The translations under genes and the position numbers were made by a program. A stretch of DNA of 64,000 bases from Gammaproteobacteria bacterium (GTDB lineage Bacteria > Pseudomonadota > Gammaproteobacteria > G965277405), in the NCBI GenBank assembly GCA_965277405.1, contig OZ255726.1, positions 1,636,580 through 1,700,579 on the forward strand. The letters run 5' to 3'. This document shows, in pieces, positions 20,137 through 30,504 of this stretch (its first letter is position 1; each line of letters begins with the position of its first letter). The notes below the pieces were generated by a model. It worked only from the letters and a program-made list of their open reading frames with translations. It did no database searches and was not told where the DNA came from.

Positions 20137-21792
20137 ATGGACGCCGATCTTAAAAAAAACTTCATATATACTCAAATTCAACAAGACATTGCAGCCGAGA
20201 TTATCAGCACCCCAGTAACGCGGTTTCCTCCAGAGCCAAACGGCTATCTGCATATTGGTCACGCCAAATCAATTTGTTTGAACTATGATATCGCCCGTGA
20301 CTTTGGCGGAGTATGCAACTTACGCTTTGACGACACCAACCCAGAAAAAGAAAGTACGGAGTTTACTCAAAGCATTGCTCATGATATTCACTGGCTTGGC
20401 TATGGCAGCAATACACAGCCGAAACAGACGTCCGCATACTTTGAAAAATTATATCAATTTGCCCACGACCTTATCCAGCAAGGTCTAGCGTATGTCGATT
20501 TTTCTTCGCAACTAAGCATGCGCAACATGCGTGGAACATTGACTACAGCTGGGGAAAACAGCCCTTATCGCGACACCAGCATCGCTGCAAACACGGCACA
20601 TTTTACCGCGATGTACGCTGGCAAACACCCAGCTGGTAGCTGTGTGTTGCGTGCTAAAATTGATATGGCGTCACCGCGAATGTCCTTACGGGATCCGACT
20701 ATTTACCGCATCAAAGACATGCAACACCATGCTACTAACAAGCGCTGGCATGTTTACCCAATGTATGACTTTGCCCACAGTTTAAGTGATGCAATTGAAG
20801 GGGTTACCCATTCGCTGTGCACCTTAGAGTTTCAAGATAACCGAATACTGTATGCATGGTTTATTCAAAAGCTTACCCCCACATCGCCAACGCGACAATA
20901 TGAGTTTGCTAAGCTGCGTCTTGAGCATACGCAACTCAGCAAACGCAAACTACAACAACTGATTGCAGAAGGCTTTGTTGATGGCTGGGACGACCCACGC
21001 ATGCCGACCATTGCTGGGATGCGTAAGCGTGGCTACCCAGCGCTTGCCATCCGCAACTTTTGCAACCAAATTGGTGTTGCCAGGATGGATAATTTGGTCA
21101 GCTATACACAACTTGAAAGCGCAGTGCGCGATGCACTCAATACTATAGCTACGCGTGCGTTAGTAGTGTTTGACCCTATTCGGATTGTCATCACCAATTT
21201 TTGCGCGACAGAAACATTGCGCATTGCCCGCCACCCCAATAATCCCGATGCAGGCTGTCGCGATGTGCCATTTACCCAAGAATTGTATATTGAGCGTGAT
21301 GATTTTCGTGAAAGAGCTAACAAACATTACAAACGGCTCGTGCTAGGAAAAAATGTCCGCCTGCGTGGCGGCTATGTCATCATTGCCGATGGATTGAAAT
21401 ATAATAACGCTGGCAACGTTGATACAGTGTATTGCCACTATGACCCGACAACGCTTGGCAATAACCCAGCAGATGGTAGCAAAGTACGCGGTGTTATTCA
21501 TTGGGTAAGCAAAACGCAGCATATTCCAATTGAAGTTCATCTGTATCAACGCCTATTCATAGATGCTATTCCTGATGACAGCCAACCACTTGCCCAACTC
21601 ATCAATCCCGACTCACACAAGATCACGACCGCGTATGCTGAACCGAGTATCGCAGCCGTGCCAAGCGACCATCATGTGCAATTTGAACGCGTTGGCTATT
21701 TCTATAAAGACCCGCGCGATCCAGATGCACATATATGGAACCGCAGCGTAGAACTCAAAGATAATTGGTCAACATCCCAATTTACAAGCTAA
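20137..21792 (+). CDS. glnS: glutamine--tRNA ligase
   Basis: HIGHAKS and LSKRKL motifs. 551 aa. The TAA stop (21790-21792) is part of the RE295 left end. Confidence 0.95.
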   Translation: MDADLKKNFIYTQIQQDIAAEIISTPVTRFPPEPNGYLHIGHAKSICLNYDIARDFGGVCNLRFDDTNPEKESTEFTQSIAHDIHWLGYGSNTQPKQTSAYFEKLYQFAHDLIQQGLAYVDFSSQLSMRNMRGTLTTAGENSPYRDTSIAANTAHFTAMYAGKHPAGSCVLRAKIDMASPRMSLRDPTIYRIKDMQHHATNKRWHVYPMYDFAHSLSDAIEGVTHSLCTLEFQDNRILYAWFIQKLTPTSPTRQYEFAKLRLEHTQLSKRKLQQLIAEGFVDGWDDPRMPTIAGMRKRGYPALAIRNFCNQIGVARMDNLVSYTQLESAVRDALNTIATRALVVFDPIRIVITNFCATETLRIARHPNNPDAGCRDVPFTQELYIERDDFRERANKHYKRLVLGKNVRLRGGYVIIADGLKYNNAGNVDTVYCHYDPTTLGNNPADGSKVRGVIHWVSKTQHIPIEVHLYQRLFIDAIPDDSQPLAQLINPDSHKITTAYAEPSIAAVPSDHHVQFERVGYFYKDPRDPDAHIWNRSVELKDNWSTSQFTS

Positions 21793-21970
21793 GGAACCTC
21801 TGATTAAGTCCATGATGGGCGAGACGGAGAGAAAACGCTGATGATAACTAGACGCAGCACTTGATAATACTGGTGGTCTTGTGGGTGTTGCCAAGTGCTG
21901 CAACGACGTTAGCGCCGCTTTTTTCCCGTCGTTGTGTTGAATATACTTTGGGTTTGCGGCAATTGCAGGT
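21789..21970 (+). mobile_element. RE295 element, left half only (copy 6)
   Basis: CTAAGGAACCTCTGATTAAGTCCATGATGGGCGAGACGGAG ... TTTGGGTTTGCGGCAATTGCAGG, after which similarity is lost. Confidence 0.85.
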
Positions 21971-22444
21971 CTATGCTGGTTTTGCTACAACGTTGTACAA
22001 TGGTTGGCTATCGTGAAAACACTGTTTGTATCAAGGTTTGAGCAGTATTCATGTGAAAAATTATTTACGGATGGTTGGCGAAAAAAACACCGAATTTCTG
22101 CTGGTTATGCTTGTTTTAACGTCACCGTTGTGCTATATACTGCAACAGTATAATCTCCAAAGTGCTGACTATTCGTGACTATTCACATAGCTACGAGTAG
22201 TCAGTTATATTGATTATTCATGGCGAAATCCATACGGGTGTTTGGAAGCGGCTGGTCAATCAGCCGCTTTTTCATCAACCACTATTTTATTAGAGATTTT
22301 GCCATTCCCTTTAATTGCTATAAAATATGCCAGCTACTGCGCGATGCGTAGTATTCATATAATAGTTGGTATTGTTACTGCACTATGGTTCAAGCTGACA
22401 ACCAGTTTATGTATTTGGCATCACTCACCGCCTAATACCACAAA

Positions 22445-22530
22445 ATATATTGAATACAGGGATGGAAAACGCTGCGCTGCGTCGTTGCAGCTCTTGGCAG
22501 TACCCACAAGAGCAACCAGTGTTAGTTGCG
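22445..22530 (-). mobile_element. degenerate internal RE295 fragment
   Basis: ATATATTGAATACAGGGATGGAAAACGCTGCGCTGCGTCGTTGCAGC resembles the complement of the central left arm. Confidence 0.45.
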
Positions 22531-22685
22531 TCCTTGGCTTAAATAAGCTTTGCATTATGCTTTTTTTATTGTATAGTAGAATATTCATATACATCTCGAC
22601 TGAATCAGTTTGCAAATTTTATTTGCAAATTGACATACAAACAAAATAGGCGGCTTTAGCTGCCTGTTTTGTTGTTTGGTAAGTA

Positions 22686-23060
22686 TTAGCCTAACAATTG
22701 CATGAATTTAGCAGATGGGCTGGTGCTTGGTATGTATCCATCTTTCACTGCGTCATCTTTCACTGCGTCTTCTTGACCAACTTACCTCAAAACCATTTGC
22801 ATAAATTGCTTTTCATGCGTTGGCAATTCACAGTTTGGCTGTTTGTTGACATAGATACATAAAAATCTAGCAATAGGATATTCACCAGACAATATATTTT
22901 CAGTTGAGGCCTTGTATGCTGTGCCACCTGTTTTTATTTGCAATTGGCAGCACGCTCGCGCTGCGGTAGCCAATTCCTGGATAGCCAATCCCAGCAACAG
23001 CAACTGCTGGCACTACTGCTGCTGAACTAGGATGCTCATTCACGATTTTATTGTAGTCAC
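22686..23060 (-). pseudogene. PstS-family phosphate-binding protein remnant (C-terminal part only; frameshift, in-frame stop, 15-bp tandem duplication)
   Basis: ..AGIGYPGIGY.. is in one frame and ILSGEYPIARFLCIYVNK..FMQMVLR* in another. After the stop comes VGQEDAVKDDAVKDGYIPS... The duplication TCTTTCACTGCGTC[A/T] x2 is at 22741-22770. The 5' part is cut off by RE295 at 23061. Confidence 0.6.
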
Positions 23061-23369
23061 CTTTGGAAGCTCTGATTAAGTCGCTGATGGAGCGAGTTTG
23101 ATGGCAATTGCTGATGATTGCAAGGCGCAAACCGCTAAGCGCATGACCTAGCTGCCAAGGGATGTAACACAGCAAGTACCGCTGCAGCAAACTGCTGTAT
23201 GTTGAACAGTATATTCAACAGAAGGACGGGAAAAAAGCGGTACTAACGTCGTTGCAGCACTTGGCAAAACACCCACAAGACCACCAGTATTATCTGCGCA
23301 CTGCGCTTAAGTTTCAGCAGCGTTTTTTATCCGTCGCGCCCATCATGGAATTAATCAGCGCTTCCTTGA
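23061..23369 (-). mobile_element. RE295 element, near-full copy 7
   Basis: GGAAGCTCTGATTAAGTCGCTGATGGAGCGAGTTTG ... CCCATCATGGAATTAATCAGCGCTTCC. Confidence 0.9.
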
Positions 23370-23458
23370 CGCTTTTGAAACGAAATAATAGAAGATTTCT
23401 GAATCACACCACAATCAATATTGATTGCCTGGCGGATTGTTTATCCTGCTGCCAACTA

Positions 23459-24480
23459 TCACGACCTGCCAGTTACGGTTGGTAAATACACAATTAAAGC
23501 GGCAGAAATTGAGCGTGTAGCACTTTCCCAAAGGTAGCTTGGGGTGTGATCCACCGCATAATAATCGATGGTTGCGTATCGCAACATCGGCTTCTTGAAT
23601 GTGGTTGGTTTGGCAAAAAAGAATCCCATTCCCTCGTCGCAACTGACATCAATAATCAGGCTATTGGGTTTGAGGCATCCGCGCTCTGCTGCGGTAACAA
23701 AATGGATAGGATGTTGAGTATCTTGAAAGGTGCCGTTGACGATGATATCTGATTCACCAATAAGGTCGGTCAGTGGGGAGGTAGCGCCATCGTGTTCAAC
23801 CAATACCATGCGTGCCTCGCCTGCGTTGCCGCTGCGAATTCTAACATAATTACAATCAAGCACCTCTTCACGTACCTCGTGGTCAGGGCGCTGAATGCAG
23901 ATGGTAATATCTCTAAAACCATCGCTTTAAGCGCGTATATCGCACCACGGCTGACTGCGCCAAAACCGAAAATAATAGTTTTGCGTTGATTGCCGTAATG
24001 CCCATCAATACCTTTCAATTGCAAGGCATGTATGACTGCGCAATACCCTGCCATTTCGTTATTTTTGTAAAACGTGTGGCGACCAATATGCCCGTTAGGA
24101 GACCAAATAAACATATCCTCAAAGGCAATGAGTGTTTGGTTACGATCGATAGCTGCTTGGGTGATATCTCGTTGCTGTACACAATGCACATAGCCCCAAA
24201 GTGTGCCCCCTTGGCGCAGCTGTATTAAATCGGCTAACACTGGCTTGTTAATAATCACCATGCCAATGTCTGCTAGTAATTCATGGCGTGGAGCAATACC
24301 ACCTGTTAGCGCAGCAATTTCTGCGTCTGCGATACCAAATGGAATACCATATCCCTTTTCAAATATAAGCTGGCGGCGTAGCCTTGCAGGAATGCGCGAC
24401 AAATGCTCTGGATGAATTGGATAGCGGCGTTCATCTTCTTTTTTGGAAGTTCCAATGACTCCCATTACTGTTGTATTCAT
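23459..24480 (-). pseudogene. AlaDH/PNT-family dehydrogenase (N5-(carboxyethyl)ornithine synthase / saccharopine dehydrogenase-like) split by a 1-nt frameshift
   Basis: ORF 23770..24480 is sensible up to ..FGFGAVSRGAIYALKA. ORF 23459..23863 in the other frame continues DGFRDITICIQRPDHEVREEVLDCNY... The frame switch is confined to AAAGCGATGG at about 23923. This could instead be a sequencing error. Confidence 0.65.
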
Positions 24481-24521
24481 GTGGCGCCACCTTGGTAAAC
24501 AAACAATGGGTTAGAGTTTAT

Positions 24522-24547
24522 GAGCGAGTTAATCAGCGATTCCTTAG
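24522..24547 (+). mobile_element. solo RE295 right end
   Basis: GAGCGAGTTAATCAGCGATTCCTTAG. It contains the ileS stop codon (complement of 24544-24546). Confidence 0.7.
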
Positions 24548-27363
24548 ACAAAATTCCTGTGCTCGCCAATGTCATCGGTGATGTTGGTATGGCAACGGTC
24601 ACATAATTCAGGATGCTTGGCATGTCGGCCAAGATCAGCTCTGCGGTGCCAACAGCGCGGGCATTTTTCTTCGATTACTGGAGTCATGCTGATGTGCAGT
24701 TCGTCGCCTAATTGCAAGGTTGCTTGCGATGTTATGAGAGCGAAACGCAACTCTTCACCGAGTTTTGCGGCGCTATCATACATTGCCTGTGGGGCAACAA
24801 TGGCGGCATGCAGCTCAAGCGATGAGCCAACACGCTGTTGTTTTGGTAAGTTGCGCATGGCTTCTATATGCTTGTTGCATTGTTCTTTGATGGCAAAAAC
24901 ATGTTGCCAATCGCTTTCATCCAATGACGAAGTGACACTTGGGAATTGATACGTTACCGCAAGAAAAACTGATGCTGGGCGAGTACCTGTTGCTGTGTGT
25001 TGTGGCAGTGTCAGCCAAATTTCTTCTGCAGTGAAGTTCAGACATGGCGCAATCCATCTGGTAAGGGCTTCAAGAACATGATGCATTGCCGTTTGTGCAC
25101 TACGCCGAGCCGGGCTATTGGCGGGCATGGTGTACAGGCGGTCTTTAATAATATCCAGATACAGTGCGCCTAAATCATGGTTGCAAAACCTTAGGATAGC
25201 CTGCGTTGTAGCCGCATAGTCGTACGCTGCTAATAAGCTACTGAGTTGTTGTTGCACAGCATGCGTACGGTTGATAATCCAGGCATCGATTGCTATCAGT
25301 TGGCTTGGTGCCACCAGATGGAGTATTCCATCAAAATCACTGGTGTTGGCAAGCAAAAAACGGCAAGTGTTTCTGATTCTGCGATACGAGTCACTCACCC
25401 GCTCTAAAATTTCTTGCGACAACGCCATTTCATGGCTGAAGTCTGTTGAGCAAATCCATAAGCGCAAAATATCTGCGCCGTATTGGTTAATAATCTGCTG
25501 TGGCGCGATGCCATTATGCAACGATTTCGACATTTTCCTGCCTTTACTATCAACTGTAAACCCGTGGGTAAGCACATTTTTATAGGGAGCACAACCGTTA
25601 ATTGCTGTTGAAATGATTATCGATGACTGAAACCAACCGCGGTGTTGATCTGAACCTTCGAGGTACATATCAGCAGGAAATGTTAAGTCAGAACGCGCGC
25701 GTAATACCGCTTCATGGGTGGCTCCTGAATCAAACCACACATCTAAGACATCGGTTGATTTCTGATATTGGTCGGCTTCGCTACCAAGTAACTCCGCTGG
25801 ATCAAGGTCAAACCACCCTTCGATACCGTGTTCGTGAATGATTGCTTCAATGGTAGTAAAAAACTCAATTGTGCGTAGGTGAAGTTCACCAGTGGTATTG
25901 TGGGTGAAAACTGGGATTGGCACACCCCAATTCCGTTGCCGTGAAATACACCAATCAGGACGGCTTGCAACCATGCCTTGCATGCGTTCTTTGCCCCAAC
26001 TGGGAATCCAGTGGACTTTTTCAACTTGGTCTAATACTTGCTGACTGAGAGGCTTGGCGTCGGTTTTGGCGTCCATCGCAACAAACCATTGTGGTGTTGC
26101 TCGATAGGCTGTTGGCACTTTATGCCGCCAACAATGCGGGTAGGAGTGTTGATGTTTTACGGCATTAAATAATGCGCCATTATGCTCTAATGTGGCGATA
26201 ATTTTTTCGTTAGCGGCATTGATATGCATCCCGCCGAATAATGGCATGTCTGCGGCGAACAGACCGTTTGCTTGCACTGGGTTATCAAATGCCACTCCAT
26301 ATGCTTGCGCTGTATAGAAATCATCGAGCCCATAAGCTGGCGCGCTATGGACTATCCCCGTGCCTTCATCCGCCAGCACATATTCTGCTAATACACACAG
26401 TGCCGTGCGTTCATACAGCGGGTGCTGCACAGTTTGGTGTTCAAATGCCTTTCCTGATATTGTGGCGACAATGCTAAAATTGCTCATGCCAAAGCGTTCC
26501 ATGGCGGTTGTCACCAGCGCGTTTGCCAGCACCAGCGCCTGTTGATTGCCGTTGGTTTGATAGACCACCAATGCGTATTCAATGTTTGGGTGAAAAGCAA
26601 TCAAGCGATTTGCCGGGATTGTCCACGGGGTAGTTGTCCAAATTACCGCAGTAATTGACTGCAATGGCTGGGTGTAGCCAAATAATGCGCTGATAGCAGC
26701 AGTATTGCTGAAGCGAAAACCAACATCAATAGCCGTCGAAGTGTGCGGGGCGTATTCAATTTCAGCCTCCGCCAAAGCAGAGCGGCATTGAAAGCAAAAG
26801 TGCACAGGCTTCTCGCCACGGCGCATATGACCATTGTTGATGAGCTTGCCCAATGCTCGCACGATTCCTGCTTCGGTTGCGTAGTTCATGGTTAAGTAGG
26901 GGTTTTCCCAGTCAGCAAAGATACCAAGGCGCTTGAATTCATCTTTTTGCTTGGCAATGTGCTTGTTGGCAAATTCCCTGCAAGCTTTGCGGAATGTTTT
27001 CGCGTCAACTTTGTCCCCCACTCTACCAATTTTTTTCTCAACATTGACTTCAATCGGCAGCCCGTGGCAGTCCCAACCAGGGACGTAGCTGATAGCTTTG
27101 CCGGCCATCAGCTGGGTTTTATTGATAACATCTTTCAATACTTTGTTGACAGCATGGCCTAAGTGAATATTGCCGTTGGCGTATGGAGGGCCATCGTGGA
27201 GAATGAACGAGTGTTGGCGTGACTTTCCTGCCGCAAGGATTTGTTGATATACGTCAATCGCTTGCCAATGTTTAAGAATTGCTGGCTCGCGCTGGGCAAG
27301 CGACGCCTTCATTGGGAATGATGTTTGCGGGAGGTTGAGCGTCGATTTATAGTCGGTATTCAT
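24544..27363 (-). CDS. ileS: isoleucine--tRNA ligase
   Basis: HIGH motif NIHLGHAV, KMSKS motif KMSKSLHN, C-terminal Zn finger CPRCW..CDRC. Start taken at MNTDYKSTLNLP. Confidence 0.95.
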   Translation of the reverse strand: MNTDYKSTLNLPQTSFPMKASLAQREPAILKHWQAIDVYQQILAAGKSRQHSFILHDGPPYANGNIHLGHAVNKVLKDVINKTQLMAGKAISYVPGWDCHGLPIEVNVEKKIGRVGDKVDAKTFRKACREFANKHIAKQKDEFKRLGIFADWENPYLTMNYATEAGIVRALGKLINNGHMRRGEKPVHFCFQCRSALAEAEIEYAPHTSTAIDVGFRFSNTAAISALFGYTQPLQSITAVIWTTTPWTIPANRLIAFHPNIEYALVVYQTNGNQQALVLANALVTTAMERFGMSNFSIVATISGKAFEHQTVQHPLYERTALCVLAEYVLADEGTGIVHSAPAYGLDDFYTAQAYGVAFDNPVQANGLFAADMPLFGGMHINAANEKIIATLEHNGALFNAVKHQHSYPHCWRHKVPTAYRATPQWFVAMDAKTDAKPLSQQVLDQVEKVHWIPSWGKERMQGMVASRPDWCISRQRNWGVPIPVFTHNTTGELHLRTIEFFTTIEAIIHEHGIEGWFDLDPAELLGSEADQYQKSTDVLDVWFDSGATHEAVLRARSDLTFPADMYLEGSDQHRGWFQSSIIISTAINGCAPYKNVLTHGFTVDSKGRKMSKSLHNGIAPQQIINQYGADILRLWICSTDFSHEMALSQEILERVSDSYRRIRNTCRFLLANTSDFDGILHLVAPSQLIAIDAWIINRTHAVQQQLSSLLAAYDYAATTQAILRFCNHDLGALYLDIIKDRLYTMPANSPARRSAQTAMHHVLEALTRWIAPCLNFTAEEIWLTLPQHTATGTRPASVFLAVTYQFPSVTSSLDESDWQHVFAIKEQCNKHIEAMRNLPKQQRVGSSLELHAAIVAPQAMYDSAAKLGEELRFALITSQATLQLGDELHISMTPVIEEKCPRCWHRRADLGRHAKHPELCDRCHTNITDDIGEHRNFV

Positions 27364-27550
27364 GCATGCATGCATTTATTAGTTAAAGTTAGCCATTGTA
27401 GGAATCGGCTGTAGTGACGCAAGGCGCTGCGCTGGATTTCACACAAAATGATGCGAAATTCCTTGTTGGCACCTACAGCCACAAAAGTTGTGCTGCAATT
27501 TTACTGTGAAATGGTTGTGGTATCTGGATTGCTGCCCATAATCAATTGGC

Positions 27551-27631
27551 GCGAGAGTGGCGGAATGGCAGACGCGCTGGATTTAGGATCCTGTGCCTTA
27601 GGGCGTGAGAGTTCGAGTCTCTCCTCTCGTA
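27551..27631 (+). tRNA. tRNA-Leu (anticodon UAG), class II with long variable arm, no encoded CCA
   Basis: Hand fold gives acceptor GCGAGAG/CTCTCGT, anticodon loop TTTAGGA, variable arm GCC-TTA-GGC and T-arm GAGAG-TTCGAGT-CTCTC. It closely parallels the recalled E. coli tRNA-Leu. There is one U-U mismatch in the anticodon stem. Confidence 0.8.
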
Positions 27632-27663
27632 TGATTGTTATTAGCAACCACCTAGAAATATCT

Positions 27664-29082
27664 ATGCAATTTGAAATCACTGATATTAGCAACCATCAGC
27701 AGCGTCTGATTGTGCAAATTCCACATGATACAATCGAAAGCAAAGCAGTCGCTGAGTTACAGAGTTTGCAAAAAAAAGCCAATATTAACGGGTTTCGACG
27801 CGGCAAGGCGCCGCTAGCACTCATCCGTAGACAGTATGGGGTTGATGCCACCGATACTGCGGTTGAACAAATTGCTAGAGACTTTTTAAACGAAGCGATA
27901 GCAACTAACAAAGCGCAGCCAATCAGCCCAGCAACTGTATCAATTGAGCCATTGGAAAGCGGTAAAGACGCAACAGTTGAGTTTGTATATGACGTATATC
28001 CTGAAGTAGAAATTGGCGATTTAAGTACACTAGCAGTCGTTGAATACCAAAGCAGCATCACCGATGAAGACATTGAATCGATGATTGAAGAAATGCAAGA
28101 GCAGGCAGGGAGTTATCATGCTGTTGAGCGTCCTGCTGCAAAAGGCGACCAAATCGTCTTTAGGTTTGTCAGGGATGACGCAGGCACAGCCATAACGGAC
28201 AGCAAACCAGAAGATGAAAAGCCTGAAGTTGCAAAGCAAGTAGAGTTTGTACTGGACGGCCAGCGCCTAGCAGCATACCCAGGATTTTCTCAGTGTCTTG
28301 GCGTAGTCAAAGGGAGTGATGTTACGGTTGATGTCGAACCGCTGCGCCAAGATAAAAATGGCAAAGCAATTGCATCAAGCGGCGATAATACTATAAAAAT
28401 ACACATTACTTGCATCAAAGAATTCCGCAAATCTGCACTGGATGAGGACTTTTACCAGCGTTTTGAAATCCCTGTAGACGCAGATAGCGACCCTTTAAAG
28501 CAGCTTATCGGTAAGTTGAGGGTGAGTTTAACATTGCAAAAAGAGCAACGTGTATTCGATTTATTGAGTAGAGAAATTGTCAAACAACTTGTTGATAATT
28601 TTGATTTTGGACTACCGCAATCAATGATAGCCAAGCAAGCCGAAGGCATGCGCCAACAATACATATCGCAAATGGTACAGCAGCAAATTGCTGCTGGCAT
28701 GAATCAGAAATTCAATTCTCAATATATTGATAATCTTGATGCGCACATCAAAGTTGAGCAATTTCTGCCACAAGCAAAACAACAACTTAAACAGATTTTA
28801 TTCCTTGAAAAAGTAATCAAGCAACAAAATATACAAATAGATGACACAGCTGTTGAGGCGCGGTTGCAAGAGGTTGCGGCAGAATATGGTGAACCAGAAA
28901 CATTTATTTTTGAGTATAAAAAAGACAGTAAAAAAATAGAAGATTTGCGCCAGATATTAAAAATTCGCCAAGCAATTCATTGGTTGAAAGCAGCGATGAA
29001 CGTACAAGCGCAACCTATTGGCTGGCAAGAGCTGCGTGCGCTTAAATCCCAAGTTTTCTCTGATGATGTCCATGATGGTTGA
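27664..29082 (+). CDS. tig: trigger factor
   Basis: Start MQFEITDIS.. Length and position upstream of clpP-clpX-lon fit. The track ORF from 27448 is a spurious extension over the tRNA. The last ~9 codons and the TGA stop lie in a degenerate RE295 left end. Confidence 0.9.
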   Translation: MQFEITDISNHQQRLIVQIPHDTIESKAVAELQSLQKKANINGFRRGKAPLALIRRQYGVDATDTAVEQIARDFLNEAIATNKAQPISPATVSIEPLESGKDATVEFVYDVYPEVEIGDLSTLAVVEYQSSITDEDIESMIEEMQEQAGSYHAVERPAAKGDQIVFRFVRDDAGTAITDSKPEDEKPEVAKQVEFVLDGQRLAAYPGFSQCLGVVKGSDVTVDVEPLRQDKNGKAIASSGDNTIKIHITCIKEFRKSALDEDFYQRFEIPVDADSDPLKQLIGKLRVSLTLQKEQRVFDLLSREIVKQLVDNFDFGLPQSMIAKQAEGMRQQYISQMVQQQIAAGMNQKFNSQYIDNLDAHIKVEQFLPQAKQQLKQILFLEKVIKQQNIQIDDTAVEARLQEVAAEYGEPETFIFEYKKDSKKIEDLRQILKIRQAIHWLKAAMNVQAQPIGWQELRALKSQVFSDDVHDG

Positions 29083-29124
29083 GACGGAGTAAATCAGCAG
29101 CGAGTTAACCAGAGGTTCCCTTAA
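29053..29124 (+). mobile_element. 72-bp internally deleted RE295 derivative (left arm fused to right arm)
   Basis: TTTCTCTGATGATGTCCATGATGGTTGAGACGGAG joined directly to TAAATCAGCAGCGAGTTAACCAGAGGTTCCCTTAA. Confidence 0.7.
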
Positions 29125-29383
29125 GGAACCTCTGGTTAACTCCATGATGGGCGAGACGGAGAAAAAACGCTGATGATAACTAGACGCAGTGCGCAGATAA
29201 CACTGGTGGTCTTGTGGGTGTTGCCAAGTGCTGCAACGACGTTAGCGCAGCGTTTTTCCCCGGCCTTCTATTGAATATATGATGGTTTGCCTACAATTGT
29301 TGCGCCTGCGGAATGCGCCTTGCAATCATCAGCAATTGCAGGCAAACTCGCTCCATCAGCGTCTTAATCAGAGCTTCCCTAAG
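29121..29383 (+). mobile_element. RE295 element copy 8 (both ends present, ~30-bp internal deletion)
   Basis: TTAAGGAACCTCTGGTTAACTCCATGATGGGCGAGACGGAG ... CATCAGCGTCTTAATCAGAGCTTCCCTAAG. It abuts the mini-element at a shared TTAA. Confidence 0.9.
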
Positions 29384-29399
29384 CACGGCGGCCGATAAC

Positions 29400-30032
29400 A
29401 TGGATACAATGAATACATCACACAACGATATAATAGCTCAACTTGTCCCAATGGTAGTAGAACAAACCAACCGCGGCGAGCGTGCCTACGACATATATTC
29501 GCGCTTGCTGAAAGAGCGTGTTATTTTTCTTGTTGGCGGCGTTGAAGAGCATATGGCAAACTTAATTGTTGCCCAATTGCTTTTTCTTGAGTCGGAAAAT
29601 CCAGATAAAGCAATTTCACTGTATATCAACTCTCCTGGTGGCGTTGTGACTGCGGGAATGGCAATATATGACACAATGCAATATATAAAATCTGAGGTTG
29701 CTACAGTATGTATTGGTCAAGCAGCAAGCATGGGTGCTGTGCTGTTAGCAGCGGGTGCAGCTGGTAAGCGGTATTGCTTACCGCATAGTCGAGTAATGAT
29801 TCATCAACCATTGGGCGGTTTCCAAGGTCAGGCAACAGATGTAGAAATTCATGCCCGCGAAATTCTCAAAGTCAAAGCAATGATCAATCAACTGCTTGCC
29901 AAGCATTGTAATAAAAAACCTAGCCAACTGGCTAAAGATACTGAGCGCGATAATTTTTTGAGTGCAGCAGAAGCGCAGCAGTATGGTTTGATCGACGAAG
30001 TACTATCGCAACGACCCTTAGGGAAGCTCTGA
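29400..30032 (+). CDS. clpP: ATP-dependent Clp protease proteolytic subunit
   Basis: Start MDTMNTSH.. Catalytic contexts [11 protein letters not shown] and MIHQPLGG. The last 4 codons (LGKL) and the TGA stop lie in RE295 copy 9. Confidence 0.93.
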   Translation: MDTMNTSHNDIIAQLVPMVVEQTNRGERAYDIYSRLLKERVIFLVGGVEEHMANLIVAQLLFLESENPDKAISLYINSPGGVVTAGMAIYDTMQYIKSEVATVCIGQAASMGAVLLAAGAAGKRYCLPHSRVMIHQPLGGFQGQATDVEIHAREILKVKAMINQLLAKHCNKKPSQLAKDTERDNFLSAAEAQQYGLIDEVLSQRPLGKL

Positions 30033-30323
30033 TTAACTCCATGATGGGCGAGACGGAGAAAAAACGCTGATGAAACTTAAACGCAGTGCGCAGCTAATAC
30101 TGGTGGTATTATCAAGTGCTGCAACGCCGTTAGCGCAGCGTTTTTTCCCGGCCTTCTATTGAATATATGATGGTTTGCCTACAATTGCCTACAATTGCTT
30201 ACGCTTGCTGTGTTGCATCCCTTGGCGTATATGCTACGGCATGCGCCTGCGGAATGCGCCTTGCAATCATCAGCAATTGCAGGCAAACTCGCTCCATCAG
30301 CGACTTAATCAGAGGTTCCTTAG
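30018..30323 (+). mobile_element. RE295 element, near-full copy 9
   Basis: TTAGGGAAGCTCTGATTAACTCCATGATGGGCGAGACGGAG ... CATCAGCGACTTAATCAGAGGTTCCTTAG. It contains a small internal duplication, TGCCTACAATTGCCTACAATTGC. Confidence 0.9.
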
Positions 30324-30460
30324 GTGTAAATGCTACGGAGGTTGTTTAGACATCAGCTAACTAAGAAGCTGGTACTTTATTAGCTTACTAAACAAAGGAG
30401 TACAGCATGAACAACCCACATTATTGTGCCAAAACAACGTTTCATAGTCGAGAAGTTATG

Positions 30461-30496
30461 ATTCACAGGGTGCTTGTCGACAAGCACCCTGTGAAT
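30461..30496. repeat. perfect 36-bp palindrome ATTCACAGGGTGCTTGTC|GACAAGCACCCTGTGAAT
   Basis: Read directly: 18+18 nt with no loop and no following T-run. Confidence 0.9.
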
Positions 30497-30504
30497 CGTG
30501 TAGC

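Noticed and set aside
22242-22649. 135-aa plus-strand ORF in the gap after glnS
   Set aside because: It overlaps an inverted RE295 fragment (22445-22530). It has a TTG-type start, no RBS and low-complexity hydrophobic content. It is likely non-coding.
27448-27663. N-terminal 72 codons of the track ORF 27448..29082
   Set aside because: This stretch contains the tRNA-Leu gene (27551-27631). Trigger factor starts at the ATG at 27664 (MQFEITD..).
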